This document shows, one piece after another, positions 31,230-43,202 of a DNA stretch of 64,000 bases. This DNA is from Clostridia bacterium (GTDB taxonomy: Bacteria > Bacillota > Clostridia > TANB77 > CAG-508). The first letter of the stretch is position 1. Every line of letters begins with the position of its first letter. Both the position numbers and the translations under genes were made by a program. Location: the NCBI GenBank assembly GCA_017397545.1, contig JAFQIK010000029.1:27264-91263 (forward strand), written 5' to 3'. The notes beneath the pieces are model-generated. The model did no database searches and had not been told where the DNA came from. It saw nothing but the letters and a program-made list of their open reading frames with translations.

Positions 31230-33188
31230 TTACGCATTTTTCATTATCATTTTATCAAATTTAGAATTTATATATTTTTCTAGTTTCTCCATAAATTCGT
31301 CTGATACTATTTCTTTTTTTGCTACCATTTCTAATCCTTTTTCCCAGCTAGCTGTAAGTTTAGGATTTAACATATCTGGCATTGTAATATTTACTACATC
31401 ATATATTGCTTCTCCTTTTTCGGTTGGAGTTATAATTTGTGTTTTTGTGTTTATTGCAATATATTTTATTTTTTCTAATTTTTTAATTATTTCTGCCCTT
31501 GTTGCACTAGTCCCTATTCCGGCACCTTTTATTTGTTCTCTTAATTCTTCATCTTCTATTAATTTTCCTGCATTCTCCATTGCTAAAATCATTGAACCTG
31601 AATTATATCTTGTTGGCGGTGTTGTTTCCGCCTCTTTTGTATTAATCTCTACAATATTTAATTCTTGTCCTTTTTTTAATGTGTTTAAAAAATCATTTTG
31701 CGGGTCGATGTGGGCATCGACCCCTACATTGCTTGTTTGTTTTATCGGATCGCCTAAAGGAGCGACCCCTACAGTTGGTTTCAATATTTCTAAATAGCCA
31801 GGTTTTGTACATATTTTCTGGCTTGCAGTAAATATTTCTTCTCCAACTTTTATTGTTAACGAAAGTTTGTTAAATTCTGCTGGTGAATAAAATATACTTA
31901 AAAATCTTTTTACAATTATTTTGTATATATCTTTTTGCAAATTTCCTAATTTATCATAATTTTCATATCCTTGTCCTGTTGGAATTATTGCATAATGGTC
32001 TGTAATTTTGCTATCATTTACATACTTTGTTTTTATAAGATTAGTAGAATACTTTTCTTCTATCATTTTGTTTATATATCCTTTTATTTCTTCATCCTTA
32101 AATCCTTTGGCTATTCCATTTAAATTTTTAGATATTTCTTTTGCAACTGCTGTAGACAAAACCCTTGCATCTGTTCTAGGATATGTTACTAATTTTTTCT
32201 CGTATAATTCTTGAATTACCTCTAAAGTCTCATCTGGTTTTATTTTGAACTTTTTAGAACACTCATTTTGTATTTCTGCTAAATTATATAAAAGTGGTGC
32301 ATTTTCTTTTTGTTTTGATTTTTTTATTTCTGATACTACTGCCTTATATTCCTTTACTTTATTTATAAACTCTTTTGCATCTTCTTTTTTCTTAAAGCCT
32401 GTATCATTATATAATTTATTAGAATTATACATTTCAGATTTCTCTTGTGTCTTCCATTCAGCTTCTACAAAGTTTTGTTGCTCTCCAAATTTTCCTACTA
32501 ATTTATAATATTTTGTCTTAACAAAATTTCTTATTTCTCTTTCCCTTGAAACTACCATGCCTAAAACGCATGTCATAACACGTCCTATAGCTATTGATGT
32601 TCTTTCTTCATTAACCTGTTTTGCAACTCTTCTTCCATGAGTAATAGAAAGAAGTCTTGAAAAATTAATTCCTATTAAATAATCTTCTTTTGCTCTTAAA
32701 TATGCAGAATCTGAAAGACTATCATAATAAGACGCCTCTTTTGCCTCGTTTATTCCTCTTAAAATTTCTTCTTCTGTTTGAGAATCTATCCATACACGTT
32801 TTATTTTTGCATTTGGATTTGGCTTTGCCATCATAAGCACTAGTCTTTGAATATATTCTCCCTCACGCCCAGAGTCACCGGCATTATATATTTCGCTAAT
32901 ATCTTCTCTTTGTAGTAAACTTTGTATAACATTAAATTGATTTTGAACTGCAGGTATTATTTCGTATTTCCATTCCTTAGGCATAAAAGGTAATGTATCT
33001 AATCTCCATTGCTTTAGTTTTTCGTCATATTTTTCTGGATATGACATTGTAACTAAATGACCAACGCACCATGTAATTATCCATTCATCTGATTCCAAAT
33101 ACCCATTTTTTCTATTTGTATTTATTTTTAATGCCTTTGCAAATTCCATTGCAACAGATGGTTTCTCTGTAATTAATATTTTTTTCAT
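31230..33188 (-). CDS. topB: DNA topoisomerase III, carrying an in-frame 30-codon REP-doublet insertion
   Basis: Toprim and type IA topoisomerase motifs; residues TVGVAPLGDPIKQTSNVGVDAHIDPQND are encoded by two REP hairpins (31701-31774). Confidence 0.85.
   Translation of the reverse strand: MKKILITEKPSVAMEFAKALKINTNRKNGYLESDEWIITWCVGHLVTMSYPEKYDEKLKQWRLDTLPFMPKEWKYEIIPAVQNQFNVIQSLLQREDISEIYNAGDSGREGEYIQRLVLMMAKPNPNAKIKRVWIDSQTEEEILRGINEAKEASYYDSLSDSAYLRAKEDYLIGINFSRLLSITHGRRVAKQVNEERTSIAIGRVMTCVLGMVVSREREIRNFVKTKYYKLVGKFGEQQNFVEAEWKTQEKSEMYNSNKLYNDTGFKKKEDAKEFINKVKEYKAVVSEIKKSKQKENAPLLYNLAEIQNECSKKFKIKPDETLEVIQELYEKKLVTYPRTDARVLSTAVAKEISKNLNGIAKGFKDEEIKGYINKMIEEKYSTNLIKTKYVNDSKITDHYAIIPTGQGYENYDKLGNLQKDIYKIIVKRFLSIFYSPAEFNKLSLTIKVGEEIFTASQKICTKPGYLEILKPTVGVAPLGDPIKQTSNVGVDAHIDPQNDFLNTLKKGQELNIVEINTKEAETTPPTRYNSGSMILAMENAGKLIEDEELREQIKGAGIGTSATRAEIIKKLEKIKYIAINTKTQIITPTEKGEAIYDVVNITMPDMLNPKLTASWEKGLEMVAKKEIVSDEFMEKLEKYINSKFDKMIMKNA
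31701..31774. repeat. two REP elements inside the topB coding sequence
   Basis: cgggtcgatgtgggcatcgacccctaca ... ggatcgcctaaaggagcgacccctaca; about 90 bp, reading frame kept. Confidence 0.7.
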
Positions 33189-33197
33189 CGCTTCATC

Positions 33198-34940
33198 CTA
33201 TATATCAATCTTAATATGTACATCTTTTAATTGCTCTTCTGTAACGTGGCTTGGTGCTCTCATAAGTAAATCTCTTGCTTTTTTATTTTTTGGAAACGCT
33301 ATTACTTCTCTTATATTGCTTGAATCAGCCACTAACATTACCATTCTATCTAGTCCTGGTGCTGCGCCAGCATGTGGTGGTGCTCCATATTGAAATGCTG
33401 TATACAATGCTCCAAATCTATTTTTTATTTCATCTTCTTTATATCCTGCTATTTCAAATGCTTTTACCATAATTTTTGGATCATGGTTTCTTACTGCTCC
33501 TGATGCAACTTCATATCCATTACATACTACATCATATTGATATGCTAAAATATCTAGAGGATTTATTGTTTCTAGAGCTTCCATTTCTCCCTGTGGCATT
33601 GAAAATGGATTATGGCAGAAATCTATTTTTCCTTCATCTGATAATTCGTACATTGGGAAATCTACTATAAAGCATAATTTATATTCACCTTTTTTAATTA
33701 AATCTAATCTATTTCCAAGTTCTAATCTTACAGCTCCTGCTATTTTTTGAGCTTTCTTAAATTCGTCTGCTATAAAGAAAATACTATCTTCTTTGTTTGC
33801 ATTTAATTTTGTCTGTAATTTTTCTTTTCTTTCTTCATCTATAAATTTTGCAATTCCACCAACTGGATTATTTGCTTCATCAAATTTAACCCATGCAAGT
33901 CCTTTTGCATCTGCTTCTTGAACTGCAAATTCTGACATACTATCAAAGAATTTTCTGCTTTGGCTTCCTCCATTTGGAACTACTATTGCTTTTATTGTTT
34001 TATTTTCAAAAGCTTTAAAATCTGACCCTTCAAAAACATCAGTTACATCTTGTATTATAAGTGGATTTCTTAAATCTGGTTTATCTGAACCATATTTCTC
34101 CATTGCTTCTAAGTATGGAATTCTTATAAATGGAGCTGAATCCACTTTCCAATTTGTATGTTTTGTAAATACTTCTATAAATACTTGTTCTAATACTTTT
34201 AAAACATCTTCTTGGCTAGCAAAACTCATTTCAAAGTCTAATTGATAAAATTCTCCTGGAGCCCTATCTGCTCTAGGGTCTTCGTCTCTAAAACATGGTG
34301 CTATTTGATAATATTTGTTAAATCCACTAACCATTAATAATTGCTTAAATTGTTGTGGTGCTTGTGGAAGTGCATAAAATTCTCCTGGATGTAGTCTACT
34401 TGGTACTAGAAAATCTCTTGCTCCTTCTGGTGATGAATTTGCAAGTATTGGAGTTTGAATTTCTGTAAAACCTAATTCATCCATTTTATTTCTTAATGTT
34501 TTCATTATTTCAGAACGAAGTAAAATTGTATTGTGTAATTTTGTATTTCTTAAATCTAAAAATCTATATTCTAATCTTAAATCTTCTCTTGCTTCTCCTG
34601 CCTTTTCTGAATTTATTTCAAATGGTAAAATATTTTTACAGGTTCCTAAAACTTCTATATTTTTAGCTTCAATTTCTATATCACCTGTTGCAATTTTTGC
34701 ATTTTTATTTGATCTTTCTATTACTTTTCCTTCTACTAATATTACGCATTCTGTAACAATATCTTTTAAATCTATTCCTTCAGATACAACAATTTGAGTA
34801 ATTCCTGCTTCATCTCTTAAATCTATAAATTTCATTGCCCCTAGGTTTCTAATTGTTTGTACCCAACCAGAAAGTTTTACCTCTTCTCCTACGTTTTTTA
34901 ATGTTAATTCATTACAATTATGTGTTCTGTATTTGTTCAT
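33198..34940 (-). CDS. aspS: aspartate--tRNA ligase
   Basis: Start MNKYRTHNC.. behind RBS AAGGGGGAAAAAAGG; class IIb AspRS motifs (..QLDFEMSF.., ..GAPPHAGAAPGLDR..). The listed ORF runs further upstream only by reading through the REPIN. Confidence 0.92.
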   Translation of the reverse strand: MNKYRTHNCNELTLKNVGEEVKLSGWVQTIRNLGAMKFIDLRDEAGITQIVVSEGIDLKDIVTECVILVEGKVIERSNKNAKIATGDIEIEAKNIEVLGTCKNILPFEINSEKAGEAREDLRLEYRFLDLRNTKLHNTILLRSEIMKTLRNKMDELGFTEIQTPILANSSPEGARDFLVPSRLHPGEFYALPQAPQQFKQLLMVSGFNKYYQIAPCFRDEDPRADRAPGEFYQLDFEMSFASQEDVLKVLEQVFIEVFTKHTNWKVDSAPFIRIPYLEAMEKYGSDKPDLRNPLIIQDVTDVFEGSDFKAFENKTIKAIVVPNGGSQSRKFFDSMSEFAVQEADAKGLAWVKFDEANNPVGGIAKFIDEERKEKLQTKLNANKEDSIFFIADEFKKAQKIAGAVRLELGNRLDLIKKGEYKLCFIVDFPMYELSDEGKIDFCHNPFSMPQGEMEALETINPLDILAYQYDVVCNGYEVASGAVRNHDPKIMVKAFEIAGYKEDEIKNRFGALYTAFQYGAPPHAGAAPGLDRMVMLVADSSNIREVIAFPKNKKARDLLMRAPSHVTEEQLKDVHIKIDI

Positions 34941-34966
34941 CCTTTTTTCCCCCTTCAAAATTCTGT

Positions 34967-35016
34967 TGTAGGGGCGAACTGCGTTCGCCCGCGGGCGACC
35001 AAAGGTCGCCCCTACA
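34967..35016. repeat. REPIN inserted between the T-box terminator and the aspS RBS
   Basis: gtaggggcgaactgcgttcgcccgcgggcgaccaaaggtcgcccctaca. Confidence 0.7.
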
Positions 35017-35039
35017 TCATTTGCAATCATTCTATACAT

Positions 35040-35215
35040 GCAAAAATCCCTGCATACTAAATGTATACAGGGACGAAGATAATCTAATTTTCTCCGCGGT
35101 GCCACCCTAATTGGAATTTAATTCCCGCTTCTTTTTTGTTTAATATATAGCTCTAAATGTGTCACTAAATAATTTTATTAATTATTTCCATTTATCAACC
35201 GCTTTTTACTGTATA
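35040..35215 (-). promoter_or_regulatory. T-box riboswitch leader (Asp specifier GAC) controlling aspS
   Basis: Minus strand: TTGACA-17-TAAAAT promoter; specifier loop ..uuaguGACaca..; conserved T-box AAUUAGGGUGGCACCGCGG (plus 35095-35115); terminator ccctguauacauuuaguaugcaggg + UUUUUG (plus 35048-35072). Confidence 0.75.
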
Positions 35216-35382
35216 ATATTTTATAATTTTTTTATGATTTTGTCAATCATTTATTTTATTTGCTTTTTTGTCAATTTTGTATTGACTTTTATTTCCAGTT
35301 TTTATATAATCTGCTTTGAAATAGGAAAATGCAGGAATGTGGTTCTGCCATCTCTTTATACTTGTAATAAGAGGGGATGCTT

Positions 35383-35496
35383 ATGGTTGAACAAACTATG
35401 TTACATATAATAATTCTACTTTTCGCTGCACTTGTTGCAGTCACCATAATTGCTATTACCTTAATTATAGCTTTGGCTATAATTATTAGCAAATAA
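35383..35496 (+). CDS. small hydrophobic peptide (37 aa)
   Basis: MVEQTMLHIIILLFAALVAVTIIAITLIIALAIIISK, strong RBS AGAGGGGA, followed by a hairpin terminator at 35506-35545. Confidence 0.35.
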   Translation: MVEQTMLHIIILLFAALVAVTIIAITLIIALAIIISK

Positions 35497-35650
35497 AGCA
35501 AATCACATCTCTGCTTGGCATTAGAGATGTGATTTCAATCAATCTTTGATGGCAACCACATTTTTGTGGCTTCCTATTTCTATTCTTATTATAACATATA
35601 TTCAAATTTTGTAAATACTTTTTTGACAAATTTTAGTATGTCCTTGGAAA

Positions 35651-35681
35651 GCGGGCGACTACTAGTCGCCCCTACATTTTC
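35651..35681. repeat. single REP downstream of spoIIE
   Basis: gcgggcgactactagtcgcccctacattttctctaca. Confidence 0.6.
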
Positions 35682-35714
35682 TCTACAATTTTATATTATA
35701 TACTAATTATCAAA

Positions 35715-37969
35715 TTATATTTTTTCTACCTTTGCAATTAGTATCGTCATATCATCTTTTGCTATTCCAAAGCCATTATCTATTGATTCTTGAAGTAATA
35801 TATTTGCAATTTTTTGAATATCTTCTGTTTCTATATTTTCCAATAATTCTTTTACCCATATTTCTTTATTAGTAAGTTCTTGATTAGACTCTAATATTCC
35901 ATCACTACACATTACTATTATTTCTCCACCTTTTAGGTCTTTATCATATACTACTAAATCTATATTTTCTACAATCCCTGCAGGAAGTGAAACCGCTTTT
36001 ACAACTTCTACTTTGTTTTTAGCTTTTATAAATGTTGGGCAAGCTCCATTTTTTATAAATTCTATATTCCCTGTATTTCTATCAATTACTGATATATCTA
36101 TACTCGCATATGTTTCTTCTGTTGAATTTAAATTTACAGATGAATTAATTAATCCTATTGACACATCTTTATCAAAACCTGTTGTAAGTAATCTTCTTAA
36201 CATTTTTATAACTGTTGAACTACTTTTTTGAGCTCTTGATCCTGATCCCATTCCATCACTTATTGCCATCATGTACTTTCCATCATGAAGACTTGTTTGA
36301 ATACTTGTATCTCCAGATACTTCACTATTATTTTTAGTAGCTTTGGCAGATGCTATTTGTATTTTATATTTTGCTTCCTTTTGCGGGTCACTTAAGGGCA
36401 TCTTTCCTACGTTTTTTTCTTTCTCTTCTATGTCACTCGCAAGTGAAGATATTACTTTAGATACTCCTCCGTAATTGATTTGCAAGTGTTTTTTTATTGC
36501 TTGCTTCTCTTTGTTTCCATATAAGATTTAATTTATTTATTCTATATGTATGATTAATAGCTTTTACTATTTGGTTTATATCATTTTCTATTTCGTTATG
36601 TCTTTCATCTTCTTCGTTTAATCCTATAATATAATTATTATTTTTTTCAAATACATCAATTAATTCTTCTTTAGTTAATTCCTCTTTATCTTCTAATATA
36701 TCGTATATATCATCTAACACATCATCTTCGCTATATATAATGTCATCATATAATAAGTTATCTGTAAAATCTTCTATATTACTTATTAATTCTTCTTTAA
36801 AGATCTTTTTGCTATCTTCTTTTAGCTCTTCGTCTGTTTCTATTGTTGTTGCAGCCACTTCTTTATAGCTTCTAGCTATTTCAGATATTGTTTCAGATAC
36901 ACTATTTAATTTATGTACTGTTTCTTCTCTAGCCCCTTCTAATGCACCACCTGTTGTTGGTAATAATTTAGTTTTTCCAACTATATCTGATATATCAATA
37001 TCTATAGTCTTTGGTAAAAGTAATAGTCCTAAAGATGCTATTAGTATTTCTCTTATTGTTATAATTGGAAGTGTATTTCCATTTGCAACATATGTAAGTA
37101 GAGCATTACCTACAATAAATCCTACTATCACACCTATTTTTCCTAATCTATTTAGAAGTCCTGCTATCATTCCGTGATATTGCATATGATGCAACTAATA
37201 TTGGCTCCGAATTTCCTATTATTCCAAGTACCATTCCAATAGTAATACCTGCTGTTGCTCCAACTAGCATTCCATTTTTCCATCCTAAGAAAAGTACTAA
37301 CATAATACTTAAAATATTGCTAATTGATAACCCAAATATATTAAGTCCATTTAATGAATAAACTGCAATAGCTAAAAGCAAGCTTGCACCTATTACTTCT
37401 TCTACAGTAAATGCTCTTTTTATTCCATATTCTTTTATTACAGTAATTGAATTTGCAAATATTTTATAAAAAATGTATGTTAATAAAGAAAACATTATAC
37501 TTGCTAATAAATCATATACTAAAAACATTGTAAATAACATTTTGCCTGCTTGTACAATAAAAGAAGATACTAAAACATATACACCTAATTTTTGTTTTTC
37601 GTTTCTATCCATACTTTCATATCTTGGTCTGAATATAAGTGTTGCAACTATAAATAATAGTGTTGTAAGTAAATAGCTTAAAAATCCATTTACTCCAAAA
37701 CCAATTAATGTACCTAAACAAGTGGTTAAATATACAATTCCTGCTGGTATTCTATTACTACATACAGCTGCAAATATAGCAAGTCCAAAAGGCGCAAATT
37801 TTTCTCCAAATCCTACCATTGAAACCATAAATGATACTGCATATAAAATAAAGTCTGATACTGAAAAAAGCTTTTTTAAATTTATTATTCTTTTACTTTT
37901 TTCATTACCAAAACTTTCATTTTCTTGTTTTATTTCTTCATCTATAATATTTTGAAACATCCTTACCAC
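35715..37969 (-). CDS. spoIIE: stage II sporulation protein E (PP2C phosphatase); needs two +1 recoding events (plus-strand G about 36471 and 37174)
   Basis: Three consecutive ORFs cover the N-terminal multi-TM domain, the central domain and the C-terminal PP2C domain (..MAISDGMGSGSRA..). The junctions CAA TTA C GGA GGA GTA and ATA TCA C GGA ATG ATA restore ..NQLGGVSKV.. and ..YAISGMIAGLLNRLG.. when the C is skipped. Confidence 0.85.
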
Positions 37970-38010
37970 CCTTAATAACTTTTTCTATTTTCTTGTTACA
38001 GGTCGGGACG

Positions 38011-38068
38011 AAACCCGTTCCCTACATATTTTATTTTAAGCGGGCGACTACTAGTCGCCCCTACATTT
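38011..38068. repeat. REP pair (one degenerate)
   Basis: ggtcgggacgaaacccgttccctaca ... gcgggcgactactagtcgcccctacattttctcta. Confidence 0.6.
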
Positions 38069-38246
38069 TCTCTATAATGTTTAATTATGCACCGAATATT
38101 AATTATTCTACTACATATTTAAAGACTTTTTTGTCACATATGGCTGTCAAAATAGAAAAAGTTTTTTGCAATTTGTGATATATTTATTTAATTTTTTTCT
38201 TTTGCTTTCTTTATTTTATTTTTTCTAACTATATTTATGTATTTTT

Positions 38247-40254
38247 TTAAGCTTGTTCTGTAAAATATTCGTTTATTCTTATTATAAGTTCATGTTTTGC
38301 TTCTTCCATAGTCATTCCTTCTAGTTGTGCTCCTGCTAGTGTAATATGTCCCCCTCCTCCGAAGTTTTTCAAGTATTATTTGAACATTTATATCTCCTAT
38401 TGAACGTCCACTAATACAAATTTTATCTCCTAAGTTTCCTATTACAAATGATGCTGTTATATTACTAATTGTAAGTAATTCATCTGCTGCTTTTGCACAA
38501 ATTAAATTAGCATTTTTATCTTTTTCTTCGTATTCAGAAATTCCTATAGATTCGTTTATAACTTCTGCTCTTTTTACTATATCTGCTATTACATTATAAC
38601 TTTCCAAATCACTTTGGAACCATTTTTTTACTCTTATTATATCTATACCATATTTCCTTAAATATGCTGCTGCCTCAAATGTTCTAACCCCTGTTTTAAA
38701 AGTAAAGTTTTTAGTATCCATCATTATACCTGCATATAATCCTTCTGCTTCTATTTGTTCTAATTCTATATCGTTTGTACCATATTCTATTATTTCTGTA
38801 ACTAATTCTGATGCAGAAGATGCATATGCTTCGTGGAAACTAAGTATAGCGTTTTCTATATAATCTGTACTTTTTCTATGATGGTCTATTATAACAATAT
38901 TTTCTGTTTCTTCTAATAATTCTGGAACTTCTACATAGCTTTTTTTGTGTGTATCTGTAATTATTAATAGAGTATCTGGTGTTATCTTTGCTAAAGCTTC
39001 ACTTTTATCTATAATAACATTTTTATATTCTTCTTGTTCATCTAAAGCATCTACAAAACTATCTAATGCAAGTCCTCTTGCCCCATTAACTATATAAGCT
39101 TCCTTATTTAAAGTTGTTGCAAATCTATACAGTCCTAAACTAGAACCTAAAGAATCTATGTCTCCATTTAAATGTCCCATTATCATAACATTCTCAGAAT
39201 CTTTTATTAATTCTTCTAATGCATGTGCAACAACTCTTGCTTTAACTTTAGTTCTTTTTTCTAGTTCTTGAGCTCTTCCACCAAAGAAGTTATATTTGCC
39301 TTCTGTTTTTATTACTGCTTGATCTCCACCTCTTCCAAGGGCTATATCTATTGCATCTTGTGCTTCTTGGTATTTTTCATAATTTGTTTCTCCTTGGTTG
39401 GAAATAGCAATACTTAAAGTTATTTGTATTTTTTCTTTAGTTTTAATTTCTTTTATTTCATCTAAAATACTAAATTTTTCATTTTGCATTTCTTCTAGGT
39501 ATTTTTGTTCAAATACATATACAAAAGTATCTCTTTCTGTTTTTATCATTACTCCTTGTGTTTTAGCTGCCCAGTCATATAGATTTTTTTCTATTGCTGC
39601 CATTACTTGTGGTTTTTCTTCTGTCGCTATTCTTTGAACAATTTCTTCGTAATTATCAATCATAATGATTCCTATACAAGATTTAGAATCATTATATTTT
39701 TGAAATAACAATTTTTCCTCTGTTATATCTACAAAATATAAAATTGTCATATATTTGTTTGTTTTTTTTCTATCTTTTTGTTTTATTTTTATATAGTCTC
39801 CAATAATATGATATGTTTTTTCTTCTATTTGCACTTCTTTATCTACTGTAGGAATATTGTTATTATCTATATCTGTTTTTATTTCTTTTGTAATTTCATC
39901 TATATATTTATTAATTCCTACATTTGCAAATTCTTTATTAAATTTAGAGCTTCTCCAAATTACATTTCCATCTGTTTCTAAAATTATTAATGGAAAAGGT
40001 GAATTTATTAATGTATTTTTGGCTGCAGAATCCATACTGATTGTAAGCTCATTTATGTAATTAGATACTTCTCCTTTTCTCTTTTTATATACCCAATTTG
40101 TATAAAGTATTATTATTGCATATAATATTACGCTTGGTAAAATGTATGTTGGTATATTAATACATAATAAAATTAATATTATTGCAATTACAAATAAATA
40201 TATCTTTGTTTTGGACTCTATATTTTCAAGCATTTTTCTATTTTTATCTGACAT
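38247..40254 (-). CDS. gdpP: cyclic-di-AMP phosphodiesterase GdpP (TM-PAS-GGDEF-like-DHH-DHHA1); needs +1 recoding at in-frame CGG (plus-strand G about 38361)
   Basis: The zero frame ends ..LEKLRRRGTYYTSRSTTRRNDYGRSKT*; skipping the C in GAA AAA CTT C GGA GGA GGG GGA CAT gives ..LEKLGGGGHITLAGAQLEGMTMEEAKHELIIRINEYFTEQA*, the canonical GdpP C-terminus including the GGGH motif. Confidence 0.85.
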
Positions 40255-40302
40255 ATTTTTTATCTCTCCTCTTATAACCTTATTAATTGTACCTCAAAAT
40301 GG

Positions 40303-41176
40303 CTATTTTGTCAATTTTTTCAACCAATAGTCAGACATTTTTGCAAAATCTTCTAAACTTAATTTTTCTCCTCTTACTTTTAAATCTAAATTTAAATTTG
40401 TTAACATTTCTTCAATTTCTTCTTTGCTTCCTAAATTTCCATTAGTAAGTCCATTTAGAAGTGTTTTTCTTTTTTGCATAAATGCAAGTTTTATAATTTT
40501 AAATAAAAGTTCTTCATTTTCTACTTTTACAGATGGCGCATCTAATACAGTTAGTTTTATAACACTTGAATTTACTTCTGGTGCAGGCATAAAAGAAGTA
40601 TTTGGTACATCTATAACTTTTTCTGGTTTTGTATAATAATTAACCCCATATGTTATTGCTCCTGAATTTTTTCCTCCTGGACTATCTACCAATCTATCTG
40701 CAACCTCTTTTTGGACCATAACTGTTATGCTTTCTATATCTAATCTTTCTTCTAAAAGTTTCATTATTATTGGTGTAGTTATATAATATGGTAAATTTGC
40801 AACAATTTTTATAGATGTTATATCTCCACATTTTTCTTTATTTATTAAATCTTTTAAATCTACTTTTAAAACATCTTCATTTATAAGATTAAAATTATTA
40901 TAAAATTTAAACCTATCATTTAAAATTTCAATCATTCTTGTATCCAATTCAATACAGATTACTTTACCTGCGTTATCAAGTAATCTTTTAGTTAAAGTTC
41001 CGAAGACCTGGACCAATTTCTATAATTAAATCTTGTTTTGTTATATTAGCCGCTTCTAATATTCCATCAATAGCTTCTTCATCAATTAAAAAGTTTTGTC
41101 CAAGCTTTTTATTAGCCGAAATATTATATTTTCTTAAAATATCCTTAGTTTCATTATATAAATTCAATTCTATCAC
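40303..41176 (-). CDS. rsmA: 16S rRNA (adenine1518/1519-N6)-dimethyltransferase RsmA/KsgA; needs +1 recoding at in-frame CGG (plus-strand G about 41002)
   Basis: N-terminal ORF ends IIEIGPGLRNFN*; skipping the C in GGT CTT C GGA ACT TTA gives IEIGPGLGTLTKRLLDNAGKVICIE, the SAM-binding motif continuing into the 237 aa ORF. Confidence 0.85.
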
Positions 41177-41206
41177 CTTTTACATTATACAATAAATTTA
41201 ATATTT

Positions 41207-41277
41207 AGTAAAGAACGAATGGGGACAGACCCCTTTTGTCCGAAAACGGACAAAAGGGGTCTGTCCCCATTCGTTCT
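41207..41277. repeat. perfect ~33 bp-arm palindrome (hairpin)
   Basis: agaacgaatggggacagaccccttttgtccg aaaa cggacaaaaggggtctgtccccattcgttct. Confidence 0.8.
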
Positions 41278-41355
41278 AATTTATCTATAACTGATATAAT
41301 AATCGATAAATACTCTTGAAAAAGACATTATAAATATGTTAAAATATAAAAGTAA

Positions 41356-43160
<1,805 letters not shown>

Positions 43161-43202
43161 TACTATTCACTATTAACTATTCATTATTCACTATTCACTA
43201 AT

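Noticed and set aside
31701-31774. Insertion in topB as an intein or gene disruption
   Set aside because: It is only 30 codons, is made of two recognisable REP hairpins, and has no intein motifs. The frame is preserved, so topB is probably functional.
33198-35105. 635-aa ORF suggesting a long N-terminal extension of AspRS
   Set aside because: The extension is obtained by translating through the REPIN and the T-box terminator. The conserved AspRS sequence starts at MNKYRTHNC (34940) behind a strong RBS.
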